Positions 1 to 14,864 of a DNA stretch of 64,000 bases are shown piece after piece. This stretch comes from Octopus vulgaris (Eukaryota). Position 1 is the stretch's first letter. Each line of letters begins with the position of its first letter. Position numbers and translations under genes: made by a program. The stretch spans positions 9,300,001 to 9,364,000 of the forward strand of contig OX597830.1 of NCBI GenBank assembly GCA_951406725.2, in the 5' to 3' direction. A model generated the notes under the pieces. The model saw only the letters and a list, made by a program, of their open reading frames with translations. It was not told the origin of the DNA and did not search any database.

Positions 1-48
1 AATACGCATATAGGTATATACGTAAATATATATCTGTGTATATGTATA

Positions 49-113
<65 letters not shown>

Positions 114-232
114 ATATATATATAAATATATATATATACACACACATTTATATGTGTGTGTGTATATGTATATATGTGTATGTATATATATGTATATATA
201 TATATGCATGTATATATATATGTATATATATA

Positions 233-293
<61 letters not shown>

Positions 294-559
294 GAAAATT
301 CAGTACAGTTAAGAAATATAATAAATCAAGAAAAATAAACATTAAGGAACTGGACCCGAGAAAATATAAAAGGAAAGAGAAAAAGGGAACAATTTAATTA
401 AAAATCTATAAAGACTAATGAAGGAGAGAATTGTCTGTTTCTTTCCATCGAAATTTGCTATAAATGTGTGCGTGTGTGTATGTGTGTGTGTGTGTGTATG
501 CGGTGTGTGTATTTGTATGTGCGTGTGTGTTTATATATATATATGTGTGTATGTGTATG

Positions 560-980
560 TGTGTGTATGCATCAAATAAAACCAGATGTGCTGGGAACAG
601 CATTGAACGTTTTAGGGATCTTTTGTTTGTGCCCAAGATCATGGTTATCCCACATTCCTGAGCCTATGACCCATATTGCCACTGGATATCTTGCCCTGAC
701 TTGTCTCTGTATCATGTCAATTGGACTGAGGTCTGTGAGGTGTTGTAGAAGCCTTATTGGACAAGAAATTTTAGGTTGCGCAACCGGTGGCCATTTGATT
801 TTTTTTAAAGTCCAATGAAGTGGGAGGACATTGCCGCGAACATGGAAGCCACCTGGTGCAAACCCAGGTGAAAGCCGACCGCGGGTGCATATACTAATGA
901 GTACGAGCATAGCTGACGTTTTGCTTAGATAATGGCCAATGATGGTCTTCCTTGTTCACGAATAGACAACCATCATAACG
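560..980 (+). mobile_element. Possible decayed Ty3/Gypsy integrase fragment
   Basis: Fragmentary translations 'YWTRNF' and 'RVHI...IADVLLR*WP' resemble the integrase YW..RVHID..VDAFSKWP region; stops and frameshifts present. Confidence 0.3.
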
Positions 981-1000
981 TATATGTATGCATATGTATA

Positions 1001-1535
1001 TCATTATTTAGTTTATTTCAAGATTTCTTGTCAATAGAGAAAGAGCCGGTTTCTAACCTAGATCCACGGCTCCTTCATTGGATTTTCAACATCAACAACA
1101 AGGTATTTTTGTATGTATATATGTGCGTATGTATGTATGTATGTATGTATGTATGTATGTATGTATGTATGTATGTATGTATGTATTCTCATTCATATAG
1201 TCGCATATATTTAAATGATAAACTTCTGGAAAGTTTTAAAGATTTTTACAGTTCCAGTGATAGATTGGATCTGTAGTCTTCGAATTAGCTTTCTCCTTTC
1301 TGGTTTTGAGAAACTTAATTTCTCAAGATTGGTATTTAGGCAGTGTGTATCCTAGGACGCCAATAATAACAAATATAAACCTGAACTTGTAATCTGGATA
1401 GAGTAACTGCAAATTTCTCAATAGTTCAGCGTAGGTATTCTCTTTTTCACTGATCTTCAGCTTTATGTTAGCATCCGCTGGGCAGCTAAAATCCACAACT
1501 GTACACAGTTTCTCTTCTCTATCGCAAATCACTAT
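1001..1535 (-). mobile_element. 5'-truncated R4/Dong-clade non-LTR retrotransposon (RLE domain C-terminus plus 3' UTR), embedded in (CATA)n
   Basis: Minus-strand translation IVICDREEKLCTVVDFSCPADANIK...KENTYAELLRNL...FIFVIIGVLG matches the PD-(D/E)xK restriction-like endonuclease tail of R4/Dong elements; stop near 1211; (TATG)n on both sides. Confidence 0.8.
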
Positions 1536-1680
1536 GTATGTACGTACGTATGTATATGTATGTATGTATGCATGTATGTATGTATGCATGTATGTATGTA
1601 TGTATGTATGTATGTATGTATGCATGCATGTATGTATGTATGTATGTGTGTGTGTGTGTATGTATGTATGTGTATGTATG

Positions 1681-1712
<32 letters not shown>

Positions 1713-2418
1713 TGTATGTATGTATGTATGTATGTATGTATGTATGTATGTATGTATGTATGTATGTATGTGTGTGTGTATGTATGTATGTGTATGTATG
1801 TATATGTATGTATGTATGTGTGTGTGTATGTATGTATGTATATATGTATGTATGTATGTATGTGCGTGTGTATGTATGTATGTATGTATGTATGTATGTA
1901 TGTATGTATGTATGTATGTGTGTATGTATGTATGTATGTATGTGTGTGTGTATGTATGTATGTATGTATGTATGTATGTATGTGTATGTATGTATGTATG
2001 TATGTATGTATGTATGTATGTATGCGTGTGTATGTATGTATGTATGTATGTATGTATGTATGTATGTATGTATGTATGTGTGTGTGTATGTATGTATGTA
2101 TGTATGTATGTATGTGTGTGTATGTATGTATGTATGTGTGTGTGTATGTATGTATGTATGTATGTATGTATGTATGTATGTGTATGTATGTATGCATGTG
2201 TGTATGTATGTATGTATGCGTGTGTATGTATGTATGTATGTATGTATGTATGTATGTGTGTGTGTGTATGTATGTATGTATGTATGTATGTGTGTGTATG
2301 TATGTATGTACGTGTGTGTGTATGTATGTATGTATGTAAGTATGTATGTATGTATGTATGTATGTATGTACGTATGCATGTATGTATGTATGTATGTGTG
2401 TGTGTATGTATGTATGTA
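1536..2418. repeat. (TATG)n compound microsatellite
   Basis: Direct reading; TG and ATGC interruptions. Confidence 0.97.
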
Positions 2419-2624
2419 TTATTATTATGGCAGTAGCAAAGTCTACCCGTTTCACTTCTCAGTCCATTACCACAGCCTCAATGATAAAAAAATATCCGTC
2501 TTGAACCGCATGAGGTTGTTATGTGGTGGATGCAAGTTTCAACAAAGGGATTCCTTGGATCCACACAATTTCTACTTCACCAAAGGACATTCTCTCTCTT
2601 CTAATGAGTATTAAGCAATTGAAA

Positions 2625-2839
2625 GACGGCGAGCTGGCAGAAACGTTAACGCGCCGGGCGAAATGCTTAGCGGTGCTTCGCTTGTCGCTATGTTCTGAGT
2701 TCAAATTCCTACGAGGTCGACTTTGCCTTTCATCCTTTCGGGGAGGATAAAATAAGTACCAGTTGCGTACTAGAGTTGATCTAATCGACTGGCCCCTCCC
2801 CTTAAATTTCAGGCCTTGTGCCTGTAGTAGAAAGGATTA
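2625..2839 (+). mobile_element. tRNA-derived SINE with Meta/MESC-like domain (family B)
   Basis: Head GGCGAGCTGGCAGAA...GAGTTCAAATTCC followed by GTCGACTTTGCCTTTCATCCTTTCGGG..GATAAAATAAGTACCAG; many copies in the window. Confidence 0.85.
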
Positions 2840-2968
2840 GGCAATTGTAAAGGCGAAAACGACAGTTATGTATGTATGTATGTATGTATGTATGTATGTA
2901 TGTATGTATGTGTGTATGTATGTTTATGCGAATGCATTTGTGTGTATGAGCGTATCTTTTATTGTGTA

Positions 2969-3285
2969 AAGGTGCGTGGCTTAGTGGTTATGTTATTCGG
3001 CTCACGAGCGTAAGGTTGTGAGTTCAATTTCTGCCGACGTGTTGTGTCCTTGACCAAGACACTTTATTTCACGTTGCTTCAGTCCACGCAGCTGGCAAAA
3101 ATGTGTAGTACCTGTAATTCAAAGGGGCCAGCCTTGTCACACTCTGTGTCACACTGAATCTCCCCGAGAACTACGTTTAGGGTACACGTGTCTGTGGATT
3201 GCTCCGTCACTTGCACGTTAATTCCACGAGCAGGCTGTTCTGTTGATCGTATCAACTGGGACCCTCGTCGTAACCGACGGAGTGC
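2969..3285 (+). mobile_element. tRNA-derived SINE (family C)
   Basis: A box TGGCTTAGTGG, B box GAGTTCAATT, then TTGTGTCCTTGACCAAGACACTT core; homologous to 28967-29256 (-). Confidence 0.8.
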
Positions 3286-3309
3286 TCAAATCTTCTATTG
3301 TAAGTTTGA

Positions 3310-3997
3310 CAGAGACTGAACAATTCAGAATGTCTACAAGAAGCGTTCCCAAATATCGCGGACATCGTGGAGCCCCGTAAAGGAAGGAACGCATTGCCAG
3401 AGATCAAGAAAATTTATTCAGTGAAAGGGTCATGAGAATGGAATTTCAAAAGGAAGCGTTCGTTGCATTTTGAAGTACTGCAACTACCAAAGTTCCATAT
3501 AGTGCGGCTTATCCTGGAAGGGAGTAATTAGACTATCTTTGTGTTTTTTGTTTTTTTTTGTGGGGGGATGGTAATGTGTCTGACACTTTATACTTCAATT
3601 TTCTGCGACAGTCTGTCCTTCTAAACATTCAAGAGAACTTCGAAGACCTAGTGATTTATTTCCAGCAAGATGTGGCCCCCCACCGCCCACAATGTCATTG
3701 TAATATAAAGGCCTCCCTCGATGAAGTTTTATCAAATAAGTGGATTGGACAGAGAGGGTCAATAGAACGCTCGTCATGTTCGACGGACCTTACACAACGG
3801 CCCTTACACACTGCATGGGGACACTTTACAGATAAAATTTACAGTGAAAACTAAGAACGACCATCGAACGAGATCTCGTACAAATACCGAAGGAAAAGTT
3901 TCACGACGTTGGCGATTCCATTGCCTCGTGTTCCCGTTTATAAAACACCGAATTTATAACAATCCAATGTGTGTATACAATTTTGGGACATCCTGTA
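3310..3997 (+). mobile_element. Decayed Tc1/mariner transposon
   Basis: ORF 3558-3854 has FQQDVAP...KWIGQRGSIE..STDLT..WG (FQQDGAP/WIGR/SPDLT motifs); ends in TIR-like GGGACATCCTG-TA. Confidence 0.75.
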
Positions 3998-4358
3998 CGT
4001 ACACACATCCACACGCACTCACACACCCAGTGCTCCCACATACAATATCTTATATATCTACACACACACACACAAATACAGACACACACACACGCACACA
4101 CACATGTATGTATGTATATTTGTATGTTTATATGAATAGATGCAGATGCATCCCACATTTTGGGAGGAGTAGTCGGGTCGCTTCATGGTTCATATACAAA
4201 CAGTACACTCGATATGGCTTCTACAGTATGCTGGGCATACATTTACAGAATCAATTATTTATGGCATTAAAGAATTGTAAGTAAATTCTCTCTCTCTCTT
4301 TCTCTCTCCGTCTCTCTCTGTATACATATGTATTGTGCACTTTATTGCGTTTTGTCTA

Positions 4359-4424
<66 letters not shown>

Positions 4425-4528
4425 TACACATATATATATGGCACAACATATATATATATATCTATTTATTTGAATATAAATCACTCCCTCCTTCTCCCTC
4501 TGCCTCTCTTTCTCTCTCATATATTTCT

Positions 4529-4580
<52 letters not shown>

Positions 4581-5145
4581 GGGAGAGATAGATAGACAGA
4601 GCAAGAGCGAAATGTATATTCAAATACATCGATATATGCACATACATACAAGCATACATGCATACATACATACATATATACATACATACATGCATACATA
4701 CATACATACCTATATATATAGATATATACATACATAATGTGCATATATATGTGTATACATATATGTATATGCATATCTATGTATCTACATGTGTGTGCGT
4801 GTGTGTGCATGTATGTATGTGCATTACTGAAAACGTATCACACATTTGGACACGGAAAATACAAATCCGAGAAACTAAATTATAAGCAGATTGAATTAAC
4901 CACAAATTCTTGGGGGCTGAAAATATGTCGCAACATTTACGAAACAATCATCCATTATGTCCCAGGAGAAAGACAACGAAGGCTTACCAAAGCGCCATCT
5001 CTGGGGAGAGGAACAGCAGTACTTTCTTAATGACAAAATAATCATTTAAATTGTAATTAATCAACATTAAATAATAAAACGTCAATGAGAAGAGAACCAA
5101 AGTTGTTTGGTCAAGAAGTTCGGTTTGCATGCACGAAGATTCGGG

Positions 5146-5196
<51 letters not shown>

Positions 5197-5251
5197 TCAT
5201 AGAATAATCTATGTGATATCGTCTTTCTTTCTTTTGTTATCACCGTTTTAT

Positions 5252-5298
<47 letters not shown>

Positions 5299-5330
5299 TT
5301 ACATATATGTATATACATACATATATATAC

Positions 5331-5383
<53 letters not shown>

Positions 5384-5464
5384 TGATATATATATATATA
5401 TATATATATGTGATATGTAATAATCTATGTATATGCGTCTTTCTTTTGTTATCTTATGTTTTAT

Positions 5465-5511
<47 letters not shown>

Positions 5512-5531
5512 CACACATATATATAATATAC

Positions 5532-5576
<45 letters not shown>

Positions 5577-5604
5577 CATACATGCACATATACATACATA
5601 TATA

Positions 5605-5679
<75 letters not shown>

Positions 5680-6215
5680 GTATCCTATCTGATCTGTCTC
5701 TCTCTTCTGTCTTTTCTCTTGTCTAAGAAAATATTTCTCCAGCGTTCGCTATTTTACCTTCGTCTGGTCTAACGACCCTCCATGTTTGCTTTCGTTCGCT
5801 TTCCTTGTATGTCTCCACTGTCGTGTTTTTGTTACCAACTTTGACCATCCGCAAATCCCGAAATTTATTTTGGCTTTTGCGGGAGCAACAGCCTTCGAAG
5901 ACTCATATTGTCGTTCAGTGCTCGAAATGAGGAGTAGATGGACGGCTGACAACCGATGAAGGGTCGTTCTTTATGTTACTTGTCCTCTTTTCCACTTGTT
6001 TCTCCCGCTGTTTGCGCATTCAACTCATTTGTTTTCGTATTTCATGTTGTTTACGGTTTCTAACGTCCTGTATCCATATATGCATATATATATATATATA
6101 TATATATACGTATGTGTATGTATGTACATATATATTATTTATATTACATATATATATACACACACACACACATATATATATATACACGCATATATATAAA
6201 TAGGCACACACACAC

Positions 6216-6255
<40 letters not shown>

Positions 6256-6258
6256 GTG

Positions 6259-6293
<35 letters not shown>

Positions 6294-6479
6294 AATTATT
6301 ACCTAAGCTTCGTACCTCCTGGGGGTATAATAGAAGATACCTGTCCAAGGTACTATGTGGCGGGACTGAACCCGAAGCAATGTGGTTGTAAAGCGACTTT
6401 CTTAACCCCGCAGTCGCATCTGCATCCATTAGTTATCGATTTTTTATCTCGAAAAACAGAATGAAGAAAGACGTGAAAC

Positions 6480-6900
6480 GTTTGCAGAGTTTGAAGCAGA
6501 AATCTGGTATCAAGCCTAATCACAACTGGGTGCTGTATTAAAGTCATGGTGTACTGTCTTTCTAACCCATGGTACCACCTGTCCAATACAACACAACGTT
6601 TCTTTAATCCCCAATCGTTTCTTTCACCACGATCCGGTTTCATACAAGAATGTTTTTCCCCGCCCGCAGTTTTCATGCGCATAACAAAACCCATTAGACT
6701 GCAAAATATGTAATTTAATTCGTTGTTGTTGTCGGCTTTTTTTTAGAATCCGAGAATTTAGTTTCTTCTTTGCTGAATGCCCCCTTTATGCTGATACCAT
6801 TGATGACCCCCGTAGGCCAATTCTTGTATAGAAAAATCGATGGCTTTCACTCATGGCAATATTGGTGGATGACGAGGTTGATTTTGTTGGGCCTTTCTCT
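6480..6900 (-). mobile_element. Possible decayed piggyBac transposase fragment
   Basis: Frameshifted pieces 'KKP', 'IKLHILQSNGFCYAHENCGRGK' and 'RCVVLDRWY' recall the piggyBac KP.K.GIK...GY...EIY.GK and DRW/DNW motifs. Confidence 0.3.
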
Positions 6901-7543
6901 CCTGTCGTTTGATTTCTTTCCTTTTCTCTTCAGATGATGGAACACTGTCACTTGGTACGGTTTCGGGGTTGTGTTTCAAACGATTTAGGCTCAATTCCAG
7001 TGGCTTTCACTGTTCCTTTGAGTTGTTGATGATGATGTTGCCCTCTGTGATACAAATGGAGAACTCCAACAGTCTGTAAAGAACTTTGATACTGGTTTAC
7101 CATCGCTTTGGCCTTAGAGTAAACATCAAGAAATATTGGAAAAAAAAAAAATACGCAGTTAGCCAAATTTTGACATACGACAGTTTAACATAATAGCAAC
7201 GATTTTGAAAAAAATGAATAGAAATGACTTCCCTGATAATATATTTTTCCCTTTAATAATTGAATGTTTACAAAAATCTAAAATATCAGATTGAAAATCG
7301 CTTTCAAGTGATAAATTCCTGTCAGAGTCATCTTTTGTAAACTTATAAACATTTAATTATTTGGTAAAAAAATGCACCATCCCGAAATATAACAATACCA
7401 TTTCTATTCATTTTTTCAAATATATAATACTATACTATAACAAAGACTTTCCATCTTTTAAATTCTACTATATATCTCTACACCACCTGTCTTCGTCTTT
7501 TGTTTTCTTGTGAATTCTCCTCCTATATACATACATACATACA

Positions 7544-7671
<128 letters not shown>

Positions 7672-7688
7672 AAATGGTACGTACGTCG

Positions 7689-7726
<38 letters not shown>

Positions 7727-8443
7727 GTATATACGTACAAAATGGGAACAAGAATGCAAAACATCCGGAGAGCTAGGTGATACAAAAATGGACAAAAAAC
7801 ATCCAGATAGACGATACAAAGAAAACAAGGACGGGTCATTCGAAGTTTTTTTTCCTCAGTCAAGAACCAGATTATAATCATCCGAAATTTCGAAGACACC
7901 CCCTGTCTGCAGCCGCGAGGCAACCCACATCCCGCGAGTGAAAATGGGTGAGTGGAAACTGTAGAGAGGTTTTTCGGATGGATTGTAGCTGTGATTCTTA
8001 ATAGAGAGCCTTGACACGCCATGTCACGTTGGTCTTAGCTGAGAAATACGTTTATAAACTTTCGTTTCCTTCTCTTCCACACAAGTGAATGGAATATGAC
8101 CCGTGTTTACGCTGTAGATATTTAGTTGAACATCTGCTACAAGAAGAAGATAAAAAGTAAGCAAAAAAAAAATGGACGAAGTGAAAACTGGGAACCGGAC
8201 GAGAACGTACATCCTTCATTATACCAATCGATTAATAACCTACAAAAATGGTTACATAACACATTAGTTGCAATGGTATATGACTGTGTCATCGAAATTC
8301 TTAACCGTCTGCCAGCTTAGTTAAGCATTATTTCCTATAGAGACCATAAAGAAATAAAAAAGTCCGCAACTCGGGTGCGAAACTGGAAGTGCATATGTAC
8401 GTACATACATACATACATACATATATACATATACATATACATC

Positions 8444-8475
<32 letters not shown>

Positions 8476-8476
8476 C

Positions 8477-8589
<113 letters not shown>

Positions 8590-8949
8590 TACATATATAT
8601 ATATATATTCAGTAAATGACATAAAGATATAAATCTTTCATGAAAATATTCGTTAAGATAGAATTACCTCGTAATAAAACCCAATATTCTTCTAATCTTT
8701 TAAGACATTGTTATTATTGAGTTTGGATTTTCTCTTCTCCCTTCACTCTGCAAAAGAGTGTCAGATGATTTTTTTCTTATTTCTAATAAAATGCAAGTAT
8801 TCCGACATTTTGATGACGAATCTAATTGTATTTATGAAGTGTGTCAAACAAAAATAAAATGTACGCCCGCATTGAATAATTATAAAATCAGTGGACCTTC
8901 TGAATTACAGGTACCACACACTTTTGCTAGCTGAGTGGACCGGAACGTT

Positions 8950-9351
8950 ACTCTCTTTTACTCTTTTACTTGTTTCAGTCATTTGACTGCGGCCATGCTG
9001 CAGCACCGCCTTTAATCGAGCAACTCGACCCCGGGACTTATTCTTTGTAAGCCCAGTACTTATTCTATCGGTCTCTTTTTGCCGAACCGCTAAGTGACGG
9101 GGACATAAACACACCAGCATCGGTTGTCAAGCAATGCTAGGGGGACAAACACAGATACACAAACACACACACATACATATACATATATACATATATACGA
9201 CGGGCTTCTTTCAGTTTCTGTCTACCAAATCCACTCACAAGGCTTTGGTCAGCCTGAGGCTATAGTAGAAGACACTTGCCCAAGATGCCACGCAGTGAGA
9301 CTGAACCCGGAACCATGTGGCTGGTAAACAAGCTACTTACCACACAGCCAC
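8950..9351 (-). mobile_element. tRNA-derived SINE (family A) nested inside a family C SINE (8905-8949 and 9352-9460)
   Basis: Reverse complement of the 39898-40335 copy; the two flanks join into a continuous family C sequence. Confidence 0.85.
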
Positions 9352-9583
9352 GTGAATAAATAGAGTGCCTTGCTCAAGGGTACAAAGCGCCGCCAGAGAT
9401 CGAACTCACGACCTTAATATCGTGAGCTGAATACCCTAACCACTAAGTTACGCACCTTCACCAGATGATATAACGCAATCATGTATGCTTAATCTAGTGA
9501 GTGTTTAGTGATTATAACAAATAACACGTCACATGTGTAGCTTCTGGTGACTGTACGATTGTTCAACCATCTGTAGGTCATTT

Positions 9584-9630
<47 letters not shown>

Positions 9631-9732
9631 AATTTTAAAAAAAATAACGAAGAACAAACACAAAAAGACAACAACGTATGGATGTGGTACGTGTAAAGAA
9701 TTAGCAGACGCTCAAGGAAGAAAAGAAAGGTG

Positions 9733-9768
9733 GCTTTACCTTTCGAGGAAAAGCTCTTCTTCGGAAAC
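9733..9768 (-). ncRNA. Degenerate minimal type-I hammerhead motif (CCGAAGA core) in a TA-anchored element (9627-9790)
   Basis: Minus: GUUU-CCGAAGA-A-GAG-CUUUUC-CUC-GAAA-GG-UA-AAGC; homologous to the 47.9 and 53.9 kb copies. Confidence 0.45.
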
Positions 9769-10220
9769 AGGAGACAGAGGAAAGTCACATACGTCATTTT
9801 ATAATAGTACAGTGAGTATATAACTTACCCTACCATATATTCATCCTCTAGTGACTATACAGCAACTATAAGCATCACCCAGCCATTTATACTTTATCTA
9901 GCGAGTGTACAGTGAATATAATCCATTTAAACGTAATTTGCTTTATGTAGTCAGATTATAAGCAGTATTCAGCCATTTATACGTCACCTGATGGGTGTAC
10001 AAGGATTGAAACAAGTACACAACTAATAGCACCTCATCTGGTAACTATACAGCATTACTGTCCACTACTCAATCATGAAGTGACCAGCAGTGGGCATAAG
10101 TACTACTCATAAGTATTGGAAGTCTCTGTACCTAATCGATGTACAATAGAATCGAAATCAATAACTCTCCGCTCAAATTCCTATTCTTGGTATATATTTT
10201 CTTTTAGTTATTCTGTTATT

Positions 10221-10601
10221 CTTTTATTTGTTTCAGTCATTTAACTGCGGCCATGCTGGAGCACCGCTTTTACTCGGGCAAATCGTCCCCAGGACTTATT
10301 CTTTGTAAGCCTAGTACTCTTTCTACCGATCTCTTTTGCCAAACCGCTAAGTTATGGGAATATAAACACACCAGCATCAGTTGTCAAGCGATTGTGGCGT
10401 GAAAACACACACACACAGACACACACACACACACACACACACACACGACGGGCTTCGTTCAGTTTTCGTCTTCTAAGTACACTCACTAGGCTTTATTCGA
10501 CCCGAGGTTATAGTAGAAGACGCCTGCCCAAGATGCCACGCAGTGGGACTGAACCCGGAACCATGTGGTTGGTAAGCAAACTACTTACCACACAGCCACG
10601 C
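10221..10601 (-). mobile_element. tRNA-derived SINE (family A)
   Basis: Homology to other family A copies; internal (CA)n. Confidence 0.85.
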
Positions 10602-10866
10602 TCTCATTCGCACACATACATTCACATGCGCTCGTTCCTATCCACACATACACTCTCACACACAGACTTGGGTCTTGGGTGCGTATAAGAGTGTGTGTGT
10701 GTGTATGAGTTCGTGTGTGTGTGCGTGTGTGTGTGCATGCGTGTGTGTGCGTGCGTGTGCGTGGTAAGAAGCTATAATAGAAGATAGTTGTCCAGGGTGG
10801 GTTTGAACTCAGAACCAATTTGTTGGAAAACAAACTTCTTACCACACAGCCACGCCTGCACCTATG

Positions 10867-10906
<40 letters not shown>

Positions 10907-11021
10907 CGCATCATATTTCTAATATCACTAGATTTGCTAATATAGTTGATAAGTTCAATTATCTATTTCGCATTTTTGTAAAATTATAGGTTTTCTTCCA
11001 AAGGGCTTAACCAAATTTAAT

Positions 11022-11070
<49 letters not shown>

Positions 11071-11387
11071 ATATATAATTTTTCAAATACGGCAAAACTA
11101 AATAAGATTTTGTATTTGCAATTTCTGTTTCAGGCTTGATATTTGATGTAGTTTTATGGATTTGTTCAATTTATTAACTTCTCAATGAGATTTGAAACGC
11201 AATTACAATAAAGTTGAACGCAGCCCAAGGTTATATTAATATTTGCATAAAAGTCAAAAGATGTAGTTAGTCTGCTGTTTTGTAGTCTTGTTATTAACAT
11301 AAATGAAGTTGTAATTCTTTTGAAACAGTTCGAGAGCCTTTTAGATTATTTTGCAAATCTCACCAAGATGCCATTGAAGTAATCAGC

Positions 11388-11622
<235 letters not shown>

Positions 11623-12044
11623 AATACCACAGATTTGCTTGTCAGTTGTTTGACCTTAACCAGTTGAGCATGTCTCTTAGTGGCTGATATGTGCATCTCT
11701 GATCACGAGCAGAAGTAGTGGGGGAGCATCATAGCCATGTGTTGAGAGGGATTCTTTGGGGTTTGAATAATTCACCTCTGGAAACATGGGTGTTTCGTTC
11801 AACATCCTTAAACAACCCTTATTCAGGGACCTTTTGAGTGGTATGGGTTACTCGACCAGAAGAAAATTCTAACTGGGTCCCACCTGCAAGGTCATGTGCT
11901 GTTTATCTTGATATGAAATCACCATGTTGCGCACATATGATTGTGATGCAATGTGTCTAGTGTACCCTTATTAGACGGGTATACTGGGCTTCGTATATTT
12001 CTACCTCAGTGTCACTTTGATGGCATGTACTGCTCTCTCACTCA

Positions 12045-12119
<75 letters not shown>

Positions 12120-12120
<1 letters not shown>

Positions 12121-13570
12121 AGTGGGACTTAAAAGGGAAGGCCTCTCGCTCTGTAATGGCTCAGTAAAGATGCAGTCTGACCACAGCTGTTATCCTAATG
12201 CAGCATCAGCAGATAATAGAAGACGAAGTGGACCAGTGAAGAAAAAAGGATAGTGATGCAGTGCTACTTAGTAAGTGACTCTAAAAGAAGGGGCTGTAGA
12301 AAACGGGTGTTAACACTTTGGGTAGAGAAGGGTATGTTTAAAGTGACTGGACAGAGATTAGCGCAGATGAGGCTAATGCTATCAGGAGGAGAAAGTGGAT
12401 GACAAAATTGGACGTAGAAGGGATCACAAGAGAACTGGAAAAGAAAGACCGGGCAGTGGGACAGACAAACAACTACATAAGAGATACAGCTCAAACCAAA
12501 GTAGAACCTAAAGTAAAAGTAATAATAGCATTACCAATAAGGAAAGGACAACTGGCACCATCAGTTTAAGTGATTTAAGTGAGGGAGATCAGAAGATTTT
12601 AGATGAGTTGCAGGGAGTAATGAGTAAAGAAATAGGAAAAAAATCGCCAGCATTAAAAGGCATCCACAGAAGGAAGCTTCTAGAAATCACAAAGAAAGTA
12701 GATTCTGCTGTCAGTGGGACGGACATTAAAAATATAGGAGATACCAACTTATTGATTTTATGCAGGACGGGTAGTAGTTACTAGAGGATTAGGTATCTCA
12801 CAGGGAAGATTAAGAAAGAACAAATGTGGAAAAGGAGATTACTAAATAAAGTGAAGACTTTAAGAGAAGATCAGAGTAGAATAGAAGCCGGGAAAACAAA
12901 CAAGTTAGGAAACACAAGATGCAAATCTTGCCTCGAGGTGAGAATATCTGGTACAGAAGGACAGATACTCGCGTAGTGACAAAGGAGGACAAACAAAATG
13001 AGAGCAAAGAAGACGAAAGATGTACGAGCAGTTTGTGACAGAATGAGCAAGAATACAGGTGCCGATGGAAAGTGGCGCTGGTTAAAGGAAAGTGATTTGA
13101 AGCCAGATACAAAACCGCTTATCTAGGCTGTGCAGGAAGAAGCACTTAGGACAGATTAGACCCAATGCAGGACAGACAATACAGCAGAAAGTGAGAAGTA
13201 CAAAGTTTGTGATATACACAAGATTGGAGGAAAAATTGTGAATGAGTGCACGAAGCTAACCCCCAATATGTCAGAGGAGTGATTCATTGGGAGGTGTGTG
13301 GCAAGTATGGATTGGATAGAACAAAGACGTGATATAGGCAAATCTCCCAGAAGGAATAATCGACAATGAGAAGGTATATTGTGAGATGTAATGATCTAGT
13401 GTGATTAAGAAATTGAACATCGAAGGCCGGATAAAGTGGTTGTGATTAAGGAGAAGGATTAAACCTTGTTTAATCACGGATATTCGATGCCCTGGTGATG
13501 ACTGAGTATCGGGAAAAAGAAAAAGGGAAGCAGGTCAGATATGATGGTTTGACACGCTACAAGCGATCTA
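12120..13570 (+). mobile_element. Decayed, internally deleted R4/Dong-clade LINE next to (AAT)n
   Basis: Translations 'LRKSDLKPDTKPLI*AVQEEALRT', 'VNECTKL', 'IHWEVCGKYGL', 'EIEHRRPDKVVV' match the post-RT, CCHC and RPD endonuclease motifs; many stops; RT core absent. Confidence 0.7.
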
Positions 13571-13688
13571 TAATCCCATCTCTCTCCTCTCCCTCCCTCC
13601 TCTCTCTCTATATATAGATTTCCAATCACTCTGTGGGTATACACACACACATCTGTTATATACTTACATATATATGTATATATACATT

Positions 13689-13784
<96 letters not shown>

Positions 13785-14039
13785 TGTATGTATGTATGTA
13801 TGTATGTATGTATGTATGAATGTATGTATATAACACGGGCTGAACAGCGATAAGCAGCGATATGTATAAATACAAACGTTTCCAGTTCAAATATGGTCGA
13901 GACATATTCAAACTCCTAAGACAGCTATTGACTATATTTCATTACACACACACACGCACACACAGACACACACACACACACACACACAGACAGACAGATA
14001 CACACACACGCATATACGAATGATGCTAAAATATTTAAA

Positions 14040-14820
14040 ACGGGTAAGTCCCAGCTGAAAATCTTACTTAAAATGGTTAATAAACTCAGCCGAGATATAT
14101 ATAAAAAAATATGTACAGTAGATTAGTCACAAAACGAGGAGGTAATATTAACTACAATTGTCAATATTAAATTAGACATAAACAGCGAAATAAGAGAATT
14201 AAACCAGAAACTATCTAAAGGATAGTGTAGAAAAGTCAGGCTAAAACAAGAGCGAATGCTAGAATTAAGATAACTATAAACACACGAGTCATTCCAGTTA
14301 TAAACTACATCTTCAACATTATAAATTATAAGATAAGTGAATTGAAGATCATAGAGAGAAACCCCTCCAGGAAACGACTGACGACGTTCTGAAGGCTACT
14401 GCCCGAAAGATGATATGATAGGGTGGGGTCTGATGCAATTAAAAACTATTACAGCTACAAAACAATAACGGCGGAACTAGTGAAATACTTAGAAGCAAGC
14501 GAAGGGGAACTGATAAGCGTAATAAGAAAACATGGAAAATATCAAGAACAAAAATTAAACGGTCCTCTCTATATAAGGAAACAATAATATACAAACAGGA
14601 AACACACGGTACGAAAAAACTCAGAAAAACGGTTTAGAAGAAGAGAAAATTTAAACGGAATTCTAATATATACTGAAGAAAAAAGCGGAGAGAAAAACCA
14701 CTCCATGGCCAATAACTCACATGACTTGTCAGAGAGGATGTACTCTGGAGTAGAAACTAGCCCTGATTCAAAATATATGGGTTAAAAAGTAAAAACAGGT
14801 TTACTTTTAGCTGTATAATG
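14040..14820 (+). mobile_element. Decayed R4/Dong-clade LINE fragment (post-RT region)
   Basis: 'ITINTRVIPVINYIFNIINYKISELK', 'GLMQLK' and 'KPLHGQ' resemble the AINT.AIPV..YSF.IINW / GGRGL / K.LHG motifs. Confidence 0.55.
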
Positions 14821-14864
14821 TCAATACCGAGCCTCATACTCAACAGAAATTGAACGATTCTTTG

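Noticed and set aside
1465-2614. Long ORFs (up to about 390 aa) such as MYVC/HTYI repeats here and at 25.8, 47.7 and 50.5 kb, and poly-I/L/N ORFs
   Set aside because: Translations of stop-free microsatellites, open in several frames on both strands; no coding signal.
2971-3045. tRNA-like A/B-box sequences (also 39898, 53213, about 54105)
   Set aside because: Heads of SINEs or fragments; no complete cloverleaf, so not called tRNA genes.
6910-6960. Polypyrimidine-AG, 21 nt, GTACGG micro-exon candidate
   Set aside because: Weak donor, overlaps a probable transposase remnant, and there are no partner exons to support it.
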